64,000 bases of DNA from an uncultured delta proteobacterium. GTDB lineage: Bacteria > Desulfobacterota > Binatia > UBA9968. Both the position numbers and the translations under genes were made by a program. The stretch covers positions 220,094 to 284,093 of the forward strand of contig CAVUZH010000015.1 of assembly GCA_963745835.1 (NCBI GenBank), in the 5' to 3' direction. The notes beneath the pieces were generated by a model. The model had not been told where the DNA came from. It saw nothing but the letters and a program-made list of their open reading frames with translations, and did not search any database. This document shows, piece after piece, positions 10,147-26,500 of the stretch (within the stretch, counting starts at the first letter, position 1; every line of letters begins with the position of its first letter).

Positions 10147-10944
10147 ATGCTTACACGCGTTAAAATCGACAATCGAATGGACGGCTTTCTCGGCAAGCCG
10201 GCCGGCGCCGGCAAACGCCCGGCGGTCATTCACCTGCACGAGCGCTACGGCATCGTGCAACACACAACGGATCTGGCAGAGAAATTCGTCGAGGCCGGAT
10301 ATGTGACGATCGCACCGGATCTTTTCTCTCGCTTTACCGGCGATCGCGCCGCGTTGGCAGCGGGTAACGATCGATGTGACCTGGACGACGAACAAGTGCT
10401 GGGAGACATCGATGCGGTGGTCGCCTATTTACGTACAGTGCCTGAGGCCGACACGGGGAGAATCGCGATCTCCGGCGTGTGCCAGACCGGCCGGCAGCCG
10501 ATTCTCATGGCCGCCAAGCGCGATTACATCTGCGCCGCCGCGGTGCTTTACGGCGCTGTTTACGATGCCGATTGGAAATCCGATCCACGCCGGCCTGAAC
10601 CCATCGACAAGCTAATCGAGCAGATGAAATGTCCGATGGTAGGAGTCTTCGGTGAACTGGACAATCTGATTCCGTTAAATAACATCATTCGAATGATCGA
10701 GGTATTAGCCAGGGCGAAGAAAAGTTTTGACGTTCGCGTCTATCCCGATGCGCCGCATGGCTTTCTCAACGATACCATGCCCGGCCGTTTTCGTCCGGAA
10801 CCGGCGCAAGCGGCCTGGAAGCAGATCACTAGCTTCCTGGACGCCGCCTTTGACGGAAAGTTTAGCAAAGAGCGGGCGCTGTGGCGCTTCGAGAGCGATT
10901 CGTCGGTGAATTACGATTTCACCAAGATGAAACGGTGGGAGTGA
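10147..10944 (+). CDS. Dienelactone hydrolase family protein
   Basis: HERYG, IAPDLFSR, GVCQTG nucleophile elbow, YPDAPHGF. Confidence 0.9.
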   Translation: MLTRVKIDNRMDGFLGKPAGAGKRPAVIHLHERYGIVQHTTDLAEKFVEAGYVTIAPDLFSRFTGDRAALAAGNDRCDLDDEQVLGDIDAVVAYLRTVPEADTGRIAISGVCQTGRQPILMAAKRDYICAAAVLYGAVYDADWKSDPRRPEPIDKLIEQMKCPMVGVFGELDNLIPLNNIIRMIEVLARAKKSFDVRVYPDAPHGFLNDTMPGRFRPEPAQAAWKQITSFLDAAFDGKFSKERALWRFESDSSVNYDFTKMKRWE

Positions 10945-11011
10945 TCATCGGATCCGCAAAGAATCTCAGATTGCGGATCTCAGACCTGAAGACGCTCAGG
11001 TTTGACCGATC

Positions 11012-11046
11012 AAAAAAAGGGAGCGGAATTTTTTCCGCTCCCTTTT
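11012..11046. terminator. Bidirectional rho-independent terminator between convergent genes
   Basis: AAAAAAAGGGAGCGGAA-TTTT-TTCCGCTCCCTTTT perfect stem with A/T tails. Confidence 0.9.
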
Positions 11047-11067
11047 GGTTTCACTACTTACCCTTGC

Positions 11068-11307
11068 TTAGAGAAATTTTCCTACAAGATACTGGCTGAT
11101 TTCCTCGGAACCGCGCAGCGGCTTACCATCGATCACGAGAACGGGAACCGTTTTTGCGCCACAGAGCGCAATTAACTCCTTCTCATACTCGGGATTCTCC
11201 CGAATATTTTTCTTGGTGATCTTATCTTCGCAGCCCAAGTTGGTCATGCAATTCAGCACGCTCTGGGAAAAGCCGCACTCATTGTAGAAGTACAGTTCTA
11301 ACTGCAT
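11068..11307 (-). CDS. Glutaredoxin-like protein with a CGFS motif
   Basis: YNECGFSQ, TVPVLVIDG and GSEEI motifs; 79 aa. Confidence 0.85.
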   Translation of the reverse strand: MQLELYFYNECGFSQSVLNCMTNLGCEDKITKKNIRENPEYEKELIALCGAKTVPVLVIDGKPLRGSEEISQYLVGKFL

Positions 11308-11314
11308 ATCTTGA

Positions 11315-11791
11315 TTAACGCTTTTCGTTGTTAACTTTTTGCGCTTCCGCCAAAAGCTCCTTCGGGTTCCTTTCGCCGGCAGGAGTGACGGATTTTGCGT
11401 AACGAACCACGCCTTGCTTATCGATGATTACGGTGGCGCGGTCGGTGATTCCCTTATCCTCGAGAAAAACGCCGTACTTTTTCGCCATCTCGCCTTTGGG
11501 ATGAAAGTCCTGTAGCAGCGGGAATGACACACCGCCGCAGGATTTGGCCCAGTTATCGTGGGAAAATCTGCTGTCAACGCTTACACCCATAACTTGGGTG
11601 TCAGAGGCTTTGAACTCTTCTTTAAGAGCTTCCAAGCCCGGTATTTCCTTGGTTCAAGTCGGCGTCCAATCCAGCGGATAGAACACCAACATGACATTTT
11701 TCTGCCCCTTGAACTGGCCCAGCGTAAACTTGGTTCCACCCAAGTGACTCGCCAGTTCGAAATCAGGAGCTTGTTTACCGACTTCGATCAT
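11315..11791 (-). CDS. Peroxiredoxin (AhpC/TSA, AhpE-like) with in-frame TGA at the peroxidatic position; probable selenoprotein, 158 aa
   Basis: MIEVGKQAPDFELASHLGG...VMLVFYPLDWTPT-[TGA 11656-11654]-TKEIPGLEAL...GVSVDS...LLQDFHPKGE...RATVIIDKQG; GGGAGG RBS before ATG 11791. Confidence 0.9.
11606..11638 (-). promoter_or_regulatory. Candidate bacterial SECIS hairpin downstream of the UGA
   Basis: mRNA GGCUU-G-GAA-G-CUCUU-AAAG-AAGAG-UUC-A-AAGCC; apical loop 30 nt after the UGA. Confidence 0.55.
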
Positions 11792-11964
11792 GATGCTTCC
11801 TCCCTTTTGAAATTATCGCGTTCGCGACTAATTAACTATATCGAAATGCCGGGGCTTTTCAACATTCTGGCCAACTGAAAGCAGGTTAATCATGGGGCCT
11901 TCACTGCAATAAACTAACGCGCAGCAAGGTGCCCAGTATCGATCATTCGTGACTTATTCGAAAT

Positions 11965-12042
11965 CGTCACCCCCGAATGTTTTAATCGGGGGTCCAGTTC
12001 CGAACTCGCCTGGATTCCCGCTAAAAGCATGCGGGAATGACG
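11965..12042. repeat. Inverted doublet of CGTC-tagged REP-like palindromes (empty element)
   Basis: CGTCACCCCCGA..TCGGGGGTCCAG, 12 bp spacer, CTGGATTCCCGC..GCGGGAATGACG. Confidence 0.85.
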
Positions 12043-12091
12043 GACTAGGATTCACCCATTTCGCGGCAAGACGCGAGATAACCCGCGGCGA

Positions 12092-12802
12092 TTAGACCAA
12101 ATGAAAACGGTTTTGTAATTCTTGCCAGGTGGAGATTTGTCCCAATTCAGCCAGCACCGTCGTGGTTGGCGGCAGCAGAGGGAAATCCCGCCGGTGAATT
12201 CGTGCCAGCGCATCTTGTGGCACAACCCACAAACTGTCGGTCACTTCCTCGGAACATCTCAGCGGGGTTTGGTTCGGCGGCAGTTTGGCTATGTAGAAGC
12301 GCGTATCGAAGCGCATTGAATAGATCTCCGGTGTCACCCAGTGGTCGAAATAAATCGCCCGAGAAAGATCGCAAAAAAGATTCTCTGACTCGAGAAATGA
12401 GTCGAAATCAAGTTCGTTCCTCACAATCGCTTGTCGCTTCAACTCAATTCGATCTTTGGTTTGTTGGTCGCGCGCATCGAGGTCCTCTCCGCTTTCATTG
12501 ACGCAAAGGAGCACACCGACTTCTTCAAAAAGCTCTCTCGCGACCGCGACCCAGTGGCCCAGTGCCTGCTCGGGATCGTGGCTATTGCCCAGAATTCTTC
12601 TTGCTTCATTACCGGACAGGCCGCGGCATCTTTCCAGAACTTTGGCTGAGTAATCGTCTTGATGAACCGCGCCGCCAGGAAAGACGTAATAGCCTCCCAG
12701 GAATCTCATCTGCGGCGGCCGGCGGGTCAGGAGAATCTCAAATTTGCCGCCGGCTGCGGGCCGCAGCAGAACGACAGTGGAGGCATTGCGCGGTTGAACC
12801 AT
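12092..12802 (-). CDS. NUDIX hydrolase (Nudt19-like)
   Basis: ASTVVLLR, FPGGAV..D, RELFEEVGV and HWVTP....RFDTRF motifs. Confidence 0.9.
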   Translation of the reverse strand: MVQPRNASTVVLLRPAAGGKFEILLTRRPPQMRFLGGYYVFPGGAVHQDDYSAKVLERCRGLSGNEARRILGNSHDPEQALGHWVAVARELFEEVGVLLCVNESGEDLDARDQQTKDRIELKRQAIVRNELDFDSFLESENLFCDLSRAIYFDHWVTPEIYSMRFDTRFYIAKLPPNQTPLRCSEEVTDSLWVVPQDALARIHRRDFPLLPPTTTVLAELGQISTWQELQNRFHLV

Positions 12803-12810
12803 ACTAGATA

Positions 12811-13000
12811 AAAATCTGAAATTCGAAGTCCGAAATCCCCGTTCGAAAACTAAAATCAACAGTTATCCCAGGCTCTAGAAGTCCGTCAGTTCCAGAATGT
12901 TTGTATCGGTCGAATCGCAGGTTTGGATCGGAATCTGTGATCTCGGATTTAGATATTCGGGGGTTTGTTTCGGATTTCGATATTCGGATTTCGAATTTTT
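12811..13000. repeat. Empty element with heptamer-repeat inverted ends (AAATCCG/AAATTCG family)
   Basis: Left AAAATCTGAAATTCGAAGTCCGAAATCC; right TTTGTTTCGGATTTCGATATTCGGATTTCGAATTTT. Confidence 0.7.
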
Positions 13001-13044
13001 ACAGATTGCCTAGTGAACTTTCATTACTATCGAGGCCGCGCTGG

Positions 13045-14088
13045 CTATTTTTTGCCGATATCCCGCAACAGCTTTTCCCATTTTGCATTTTCTTTCTCGT
13101 ACTGCTCCACGGTCATACCGGCTTCGGCATAGTAGCGCTTGAACGGCGGTTTGTTGACTGCGCTGTCGAGACCGAATTTCCCCAGGATTTTCTGCCCTTC
13201 GGGACTTAACAGATAATCGGCAAACAAGAGCGCGCTATGGGGGTGCGGCGCGTTGGCAGGCACGGCCACTCCGCCGGCATTGGTCGGGACAAGATCCATC
13301 GCCACCCACTTGATCGGCGCGCCTTTCGAGATCGAGGTGCGCGAATGGCTGAGAAATACCGTCGGAGACAATCCGAGCTCGCCGGAGACAACCATATCAG
13401 CGATCGCCCGGCCGGAGACCCCGTGAAGAATAACATCTTGGCTCTTGAGCTTAGAAAGGAACTCCGCGCCTTTGGTCGCCAACATCGCGCCGATCACCCG
13501 GTTCCCTGTGTCAGAGGTGGCAAAACCGATTTTGCCTTTCAGCTCGGGGTTGAGCAGAGCGTCAAAATTCTTCGGCGCCGCCTTTTCCAAAACAACATTG
13601 GTGTTATAGGCAAGTCCGATATACGATTCGCGATCGGTCGCCCAATAAACCAAGCCTTTGTCCGCCTTTTCCTTTACTTCATCCGGGTATGAGCCCAGAT
13701 GCGGTGAGAAGTACGGTGTAAGCAGCTTGTACTCCTGCATGACTTTCAAAATGGGAAATGTCGTTTCGATGGTATCGACGAGATAACGTTTTGCCTGCGC
13801 TTCTTGCAGCACTCTCTGGATGATCGCATCGCTGTCGCCGCGATAAACGTCCACTTTGATTCCGGGATACTTCGCTTCGAAAGCCTTCGGCACCTCCTGA
13901 TTGGGTCCGCCGGTAAGTGACGTGTACCACATCATCCGGCCCTCTTTTTTTGCTCCGTCGAGAAGTACCTGTTCTCGGTCGGGCTTGTTGTAAGCGGCGA
14001 GCTCGGCAATTGACATGGGCTTTCCCGTCTGGGCCGAAACTGAGGGTAGCCAAATGAGCGCGGCAAAGAATAGAAGTAAGACTCTCAT
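13045..14088 (-). CDS. Extracellular solute-binding protein (iron/AfuA-like ABC SBP)
   Basis: Signal peptide; GAKKEG...WYTS; AYNTN; NAPHPHSALLFADYLLSPEGQ. Confidence 0.9.
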   Translation of the reverse strand: MRVLLLFFAALIWLPSVSAQTGKPMSIAELAAYNKPDREQVLLDGAKKEGRMMWYTSLTGGPNQEVPKAFEAKYPGIKVDVYRGDSDAIIQRVLQEAQAKRYLVDTIETTFPILKVMQEYKLLTPYFSPHLGSYPDEVKEKADKGLVYWATDRESYIGLAYNTNVVLEKAAPKNFDALLNPELKGKIGFATSDTGNRVIGAMLATKGAEFLSKLKSQDVILHGVSGRAIADMVVSGELGLSPTVFLSHSRTSISKGAPIKWVAMDLVPTNAGGVAVPANAPHPHSALLFADYLLSPEGQKILGKFGLDSAVNKPPFKRYYAEAGMTVEQYEKENAKWEKLLRDIGKK

Positions 14089-14228
14089 TTTCTCTCCCTG
14101 ATCACGGATTGGTCCTGCGATTAGATATCATCGATATGAAGTGAAGACCAATTGACTAAGGCGAATGGAAGTTCGCTCAGGGATTGTAATCTCTGGGGAA
14201 ACGTAGTGCCCGAGGCCGCCGCGAAAAC

Positions 14229-14681
14229 TTATGATCCCGCAGGCTCCATACCGTGCCGACGCATCAACTCCATCTCGGCATCCTGCGTGGGAGGAATGTC
14301 TCCGGACCACAGCGCCTGCAGTTCTTCAAAGTAAGCGTCCATCGCTGGCGCATGAATAACCAACAAACGGGCGGGTGTCGTGCCTGCATTGCCAAATGTG
14401 TGAGCCACTCCGCCGGGCACGAGCACGAATGTGTCACGCTGCCCAACTGTTGTAGTTTCGCCAACAAAGAACTCTATCTCACCGTCAAGAACGTAGAAAG
14501 CTTCTTCGCAGTTTGTGTGAACGTGAGGCGGCGGTTTTCTGCCGCCCGGTGGCAGCGTGCGCTCCATCAGTGAGAAAGCGCCGTCGGTACTCGCCCGCGT
14601 CGCCTTGAAAAACATTGCGCTGCCGCGCGCAGAAAGCAGCGTCCCCTGGCCCGCCTCGAGAATCGTAGCTGTGTCTCGCAT
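14229..14681 (-). CDS. Cupin domain protein
   Basis: PPPHVHTNCEEAFYVLDGE and VPGGVAHTFGN motifs; GAGGAG RBS. Confidence 0.9.
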   Translation of the reverse strand: MRDTATILEAGQGTLLSARGSAMFFKATRASTDGAFSLMERTLPPGGRKPPPHVHTNCEEAFYVLDGEIEFFVGETTTVGQRDTFVLVPGGVAHTFGNAGTTPARLLVIHAPAMDAYFEELQALWSGDIPPTQDAEMELMRRHGMEPAGS

Positions 14682-14773
14682 ACATTTTCTCCTCTCGAAG
14701 ACGAGTGTGATCCAATCAGAAACTGCGATTTGCGACCGAACGTTCAAGCTCAATGCTACAGCGGAATGAAGGT

Positions 14774-15889
14774 TCAGTCTTTTAGGCCGAGAATATTGTA
14801 AGCCGTGACCGGACGGTGAAAGCCTTTGAGGTGAAGCTCGCCAACTGATTCAGCTTCGACCAGACTCTCGATACTGCCGAGCAGGCGCTGGGGAATCAGA
14901 ATCTGACCCGGCTTGGCCTCACCACATAACCGGGAGGCGAGATTCGTGACCGTGCCGATGGCGCCGTAGTCCAAGCGTCCCTCGAATCCGATGGCGCCAA
15001 TCGTCGCGTAGCCCTGCGCTATGCCAACTCCGAAATCCAGTTCGTAGTCCAGTTTGCGCCATTTCACCATCAGTTCTTCCACCCGTTGACGCATCGCAGC
15101 AGCCATCTTGACTGCCTGTTCCGCCGGATTAGGCACCGGCAGTGGATCGTTGAAGAAAATCATCATGCCATCACCGGTGAAACGTTCCAGAGTCCCTTCG
15201 TGCTGAAGAACCAACTTACCCATTTCAGCGTGATACTCATGTAGAACTGCCATGACATCCTCGGGCTCTGCGGTCTCGGCAAAAGCCGTAAAGCCGCGTA
15301 GATCCAAGAAAACTACCGTGATCTCGCGCCGGTGAGTTTTCAGCGGGTCCTCGGTACCTCCAGACAGGATCAACTCGGCAAGTTGAGGAGAGAAGAAACG
15401 TTTCAGTCGTTCCAAACGTTCCAGTTGTTCCAGCTGTTCTCGGACACGCCGCTCTAGACTTTGATTCCAATCGGCGAGCTCCGCGGCTTGATTTTGCACT
15501 ATGTCGTAAAGCTCTTTAATACGAATCAGCGACTTTACCCGCGCAAGCAGTTCCGCTTGATTGATCGGCTTCGTCAGAAAATCATCCGCGCCCGCTTCAA
15601 TCCCCTTGACCCGTTCTTCCCCCGGATCCAGTGCAGTGACCATCACGACGGGAAGAAGTTCAGTGGCAGGATTGCTGCGGAGCTTACGACAGACTTCATA
15701 GCCGCTCATTTCCGGCATGACCACGTCCAACAGCACTAGGTCAGGGCGTTCGGCTTCCACTTGAGATAAAGCCTCGGCACCGGAGGCGGCAGTCACGACG
15801 TTGTATCCCCTTGCCGTCAGTATGTCGGCAAGGAGTTTTACGTTTTTCGGCGTGTCATCGACAACGAGGATCTTGGCTGGAGCTTTCAT
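14774..15889 (-). CDS. Response regulator receiver fused to class III nucleotidyl (adenylate/guanylate) cyclase
   Basis: ILVVDD...LLDVVMP...FLTKP receiver; VVFLDLRGFT, FTGDG and IGTVTNLASRLC cyclase motifs. Confidence 0.95.
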   Translation of the reverse strand: MKAPAKILVVDDTPKNVKLLADILTARGYNVVTAASGAEALSQVEAERPDLVLLDVVMPEMSGYEVCRKLRSNPATELLPVVMVTALDPGEERVKGIEAGADDFLTKPINQAELLARVKSLIRIKELYDIVQNQAAELADWNQSLERRVREQLEQLERLERLKRFFSPQLAELILSGGTEDPLKTHRREITVVFLDLRGFTAFAETAEPEDVMAVLHEYHAEMGKLVLQHEGTLERFTGDGMMIFFNDPLPVPNPAEQAVKMAAAMRQRVEELMVKWRKLDYELDFGVGIAQGYATIGAIGFEGRLDYGAIGTVTNLASRLCGEAKPGQILIPQRLLGSIESLVEAESVGELHLKGFHRPVTAYNILGLKD

Positions 15890-15894
15890 TGAAT

Positions 15895-16581
15895 AATATC
15901 GAAATCCGAATTTCGAAATCCGAAACAAACCAACAATCGTAAATATTCAAATCGAAAATTAGAATCACCAAACCGAAACAAAAAGCTGTTAAATATGCTA
16001 CTTTGTTGAATTCCAAGACTCACAATCGAGTTCGTTTGAAATTGGGCCTTTTCATTCGCGCTTGTTTAGCGTTTAGGAAGTCGATATTCGAGTTTTTCGC
16101 TCTTGCGAAGAATGGCTCCAAAGATACTGGTCAACTCTGTCGCTTCCTGAACGAGAACATCCCTAATTTCCTTTAGTTTCGAGTCCCCACTGACTTCAAT
16201 CAACTGCAACCAATAGCGGCTCTCCTTAGCTTCCTTGCGACATATTTTAATTCTCATCAAGAAATCCCTTTTGCTCAGGGACTCATTGGCCTCGATGTAG
16301 TTCGCCCCAATTGAGCCAGAAGATCTTACAAGCTGTTTCGTGTCTTCAATGCTCGCGACCGTCCTAGGAATGTCTTTAATGAACGTCCTTACCTCCTTCG
16401 CAAACAGAGAAGGTACGATCTTCTAAATCGTATTGTTTAGTTCGCACTAACCTAGCGGTTCCAATTCACGGGCGGCATATCTTTTCATGTTTATGGGGAG
16501 CCGAGCCTGTTTGCAATTTGTTGTTGGTCTCGTTTGAACATTTGAATCTGTTTCGGATTTCGAAATTCGTGCTTCGGATTT
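15895..16581. mobile_element. Heptamer-repeat inverted-end element carrying a four-helix-bundle gene (mobility inferred)
   Basis: Left AATATCGAAATCCGAATTTCGAAATCCGAAACAAA; right TGTTTCGGATTTCGAAATTCGTGCTTCGGATTT; lower-GC interior; the same ends occur without the gene at 34272-34434. Confidence 0.65.
16066..16447 (-). CDS. Four helix bundle protein (TIGR02436 / 23S rRNA IVP / Avd-like fold); frameshift near 16410
   Basis: KQYDLEDRT..FAKEVRTFIKDIPRT...KQLVRSSGSIGANYIEANESLSKRDFLMRIKICRKEAKESRYWLQLI. Confidence 0.9.
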
Positions 16582-16958
16582 ATTTGCGGGCGGCGAGCAC
16601 CCTTTCCACTTCGCCGAGAAAGTCTTTCAAGCTAATCGGTTTGGTCTGATAGCCGTCGAAACCCTTCCGCCAACATCGTCTGCCGGTTGTGTGTCATCGC
16701 TGACGCGGTGATCGCGATGACCGGAATACTTTTGGTCTTCGGATTCAATCGGAGCTGCTTCAGCGCCGTAATACCGTCGATGCCCGGAAGCTGAATGTCC
16801 ATCAGAATAAGCGCCGGCGATTGTGCCAGAGCAAGGTCGATCCCTTCCTCGGCAGTCTCCGACTCTATGGTCTGGTAGCCCTTGACCTGAAGCACATCGC
16901 GGGCGAGCTTCCGGTTTTTCTCGTTGTCCTCGATGATAAGTATTAGTTCCCCAGCCAT
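16580..16958 (-). CDS. Single-domain response regulator (CheY/DivK-like); +1 frameshift near 16660
   Basis: ILIIEDNEKNRKL, LILMDIQLPGIDG, VIAITASAM, then DGYQTKPISLKDFLGEVERVLAARK* in the shifted frame. Confidence 0.9.
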
Positions 16959-16993
16959 AACGATTTTGGATTTTAGATTCCCCGTCAGGGAAT

Positions 16994-17357
16994 CGTCATT
17001 CCCGCGCACGCGGGAATCCAGTTCCCCTCTTTCTAAATGATGTCATCCCACAAGTCCTTCCAATCTGGATTTGCTTCTCAATGACTTTCAGCTTCCAAGC
17101 CCGATTCCATTTCTTCATCTGCTTCTCCCGGATGATAGCAGAAACCAGATCGCCGTGTAGTTCGTAATAAACCAATTGGTGCACCCCGTATCTTTTAGCT
17201 GAAGCCCTCGATCGCATTATCTTTGTGCTCCCGTGCGCGCTTTTGAAGGTCGCTGGTGACTCCGATATAAAGCGTGCCATTGCGCTTACTGGCTAGAATA
17301 TAAACCGCCGGCTTTCTGGTCATCCAACCCTGGATTCCCGTTTTCACGGGAATGACG
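16994..17357. mobile_element. GIY-YIG gene bracketed by inverted 28-bp CGTC-tagged palindromes (mobility inferred)
   Basis: CGTCATTCCCGCGCACGCGGGAATCCAG (16994-17021) and CTGGATTCCCGTTTTCACGGGAATGACG (17330-17357). Confidence 0.75.
17033..17323 (-). CDS. Small GIY-YIG nuclease (YhbQ/UPF0213-like); two indels
   Basis: MTRKPAVYILASKRNGTLYIGVTSDLQKRAREHK...KRYGVHQLVYYE...AIIREKQMKKWNRAWKLKVIE..NPDWKDLWDDII*. Confidence 0.9.
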
Positions 17358-17390
17358 ATAAAACCTAACTCAAATCATATTGGAAAAACA

Positions 17391-23404
<6,014 letters not shown>

Positions 23405-23592
23405 CCTTTACCTGTTTGAATTTTCGAATTTCATTCAGAAATATTATCTAACCGCATTGTTCTCCCGCGAAGTCGAAAGACTGCTAAGTCAAGAGATTCC
23501 ACCACCGAATCCCCGTTCACGAATATTGCTTTGATTTGGCTCCTTTGCCTCTTTGCGCGAGTAATTCGACTTTGGTTTTCCATGGAACGTTT

Positions 23593-26500
23593 TCAATTTA
23601 GACTGCCCTCCTCAGTGAGTGGCAGCGTAAACGTGAACTTGCTGCCTTTACCGACTTCGCTCTCCACCCAGATTTTCCCTCCATGCAGCTCGACGAACTT
23701 CTTGGCCAAGTCAACCCAAGTCCGGTCCCTTCGCTCTTGTGCGCATAGTCGCTGCCCACCTGACGAAACTCCTCGAAGATCCTCGGCTGGTCCTCCGGGG
23801 CGATGCCGATGCCAGTGTCAGTGACCGAGATCTCCACAGCACCATCAACCTGCGTGGCTTTCATTCGATCCGACCTCCCTCCGGAGTGAACTTCACTGCA
23901 TTGGACAACAGATTCAAAAGTATCTGCTTGATCTTGCGCTCATCGCCGACAAACTCCCCAAGGCGCTCGTCGACGACATCAACTGTGATGCCGTGCCCGT
24001 GGCGCGCTCGCGCACAAACGTGCGCGCGTTGTCGATCGCCAATGGGAGATCGAACGTAGCCAGCTCCAGCTCCATGCGTCCGGCCTCGACTTTGGAGAGA
24101 TCGAGAATCTCATTGATAAGCGATAGCAGATGCGTCCGGAGGAAAGAATGTCTTCGGTGTACTCGGCCTGTTTCTCGTTTAACTCGCCGAAGAGTCTCTC
24201 GCCCAAGACTTCAGAGAAGCCAATAATGGCGTTAAGAGGCGTGCGCAGCTCATGCGACATGTTGGCGAGAAATTCGGACTTGTGCCGGTTGGCGGCTTCG
24301 ATTTGTCGGCTCTTGTCTTCGATTCCCGGAACAGCCGGGCGTTTTGGATTGCCAAAGCGGATTGCGTGGCGAAGGTTTGAAGAAGATTGATCAGTCAGGG
24401 GTGAAGGTTCCGGCACGTTTTTGCCAGACCGTCAACGCACCCATCAATCGACTTTCGAGCAGGATAGGAACGGTCAAGAGAGAACGATAGCCGAGTCGAT
24501 CGGAGATTGGCCGAATTCGCGTAAGCCTGACTTCTTGCTCGTCTCGAAGATCGCTAACTTGGACGGGAGCCCGAGCTAGTGCCGCTTGCCCAGTATAGCC
24601 CTCCCCGACTCGCAACGGGGCTGCGCGAATGGCGTCGACCAATTCCTCTTCCATCCGATGACTTGCCCTCAGGTGAAACACCTCAGTGGCTTCATCGTAC
24701 TCATAAATGACTCCGCAATCGGTTCCTGACAGCTGAACCGCGCGGGCCACGATTGTGCTGAGCACGGTCGGGAGATCAAGTGTTGAGCTAACTGCGTGCC
24801 CGACGTCGCCGAGGGCTTTGAGTTCACCTACGAGCGTGTCAATTCATGGGTTCGCTCATCCAATTCTTTGAACAGTCGCACGTTTTCGATGGCGATGACG
24901 GCCTGTGAACCAAAGGTCTCAAGCAGCTTGATTTGCTTGTCGGTGAATGGCCGGACCTCAGTGCGGCGAAGCCCAATCACACCCAGAGGGACGCCCTGTC
25001 GTAGTAGCGGTGTTCCGAGGATTGTCCGATGGCCCAACCGCTGCTGAGATGCTTTAGCGTCCGGAAACTCGGTTTCAAGTTCGGCCGCGAGGTCATGAAC
25101 ATGAAGAGTTTTTCGGTCAATAAATATTCGGCCAAGTGGTGAGCTACGACGGACAGGCACCTCATCAGTTGCTGAGAGACCACCATAGTTAGCCGCAAGC
25201 CGAAGGACATTACCGTCGAAACGAAAAATTTGCGCGTTGGTCGCTTCACAGAGACGTGCGGCGTTTCGAGCCACTGTGTCCAGCACCGGTTGGATATCTG
25301 TCGGCGAGCCAGCGATAACGCCCAAAATCTCACTCGTCGCGGTTTGCTGCTCCAACGACTCCTTGAGCTCTTGGAAGAGCCGCACGTTTTCAATCGCGAT
25401 GACGGCTTGGGAGGCGAAGGTTTCGAGCAGCTTGATTTGGCTGTCGGAGAAAGGACGAACTTCCGTTCGCCTAATATTTATCTGACCGATCGATTGTCCT
25501 TCGCGAAGCATTGGAACACTGAGAAATGTTCTGGAGCCTGTCCGAATCACGAGTTCCCGGCTGTCCGGATAATTATCCACTTCGGCGGTCAGATCGTGAA
25601 TATGGATTGGCCGGCGTTCGAGGAACGCTTGTGTGCCGGGAGTTTTCTGGCTGTTGGCCATATATTCCGGTGCCGGATGAATGCCAAAAGACGCAACCAA
25701 TCTTGTGCCATCCCCCTCGACAAGGCGTATTTGCGCGTCACTCGCCTCACAGAGACGCGCCGCAGTCGTTGCAACGGTCTCCAGGACCGGCTGAATGTCC
25801 GTAGGCGAGCTGGCGATCACACCTAAAATTTCGCTCGTCGCGGTTTGCTGCTCCAAAGCCTCCTTTAACTCGTTGAAACAATCGCACGTTCTCGATGGCT
25901 ATCACTGCCTGATCGGCGAAGGTTTCAAGCAATTTAATCTGCGCCGGGGTGAAGGGGCGCACCTCGTTGCGGCGCGCGTTCAGTAATCCAACGAGTTCCC
26001 CCTGATGGCGAAGGGGAGCGTTCAAGAGTGTGCGCCAGCCGCCGATTGAACCCAACATTGGAAAATCGTTCTGCGCTTGGACGTCGGGAACGTGGAGCGT
26101 GCCATGCTCGCGCATCCAACGAAACTGTGGCTCATCAATACTGATCTCGACGCTGGCCAAGGGGTACGGGACCAAAATGGGCCCGCAGGACCATAATGTC
26201 CCCCTCGTGGAGTCGCAGCACCACGTCATCGATACCACAGACTTTTGCCGCGCTCTCGACGATCGCGTCGAGAACCGGCTGCACGTCCGTGGGCGAGCGG
26301 CTAATGATGCCGAGCACCTCGGCCGTTGCCGTCTGATGCTCCAGCGCCTCGCGCAGTTCTGTATTCCGCTCTTGGAGTTCTTTGAACAGGCGCACATTCT
26401 CAATGGCGATGACCGCCTGTGCGGCGAAGGTTTCAGGAGCTGATCTCCTTATCTGTAAAAGGCCGGACCTCCATCCGACGAATCGATAATCGCCCCGATC

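Noticed and set aside
11315-11791. Peroxiredoxin as a nonsense pseudogene
   Set aside because: The only stop is TGA exactly at the catalytic Cys position, with intact flanks and a downstream hairpin; Sec recoding fits better
15895-16581. Diversity-generating retroelement suggested by the Avd-like fold
   Set aside because: No reverse transcriptase and no template/variable repeat pair with adenine-specific differences in the window
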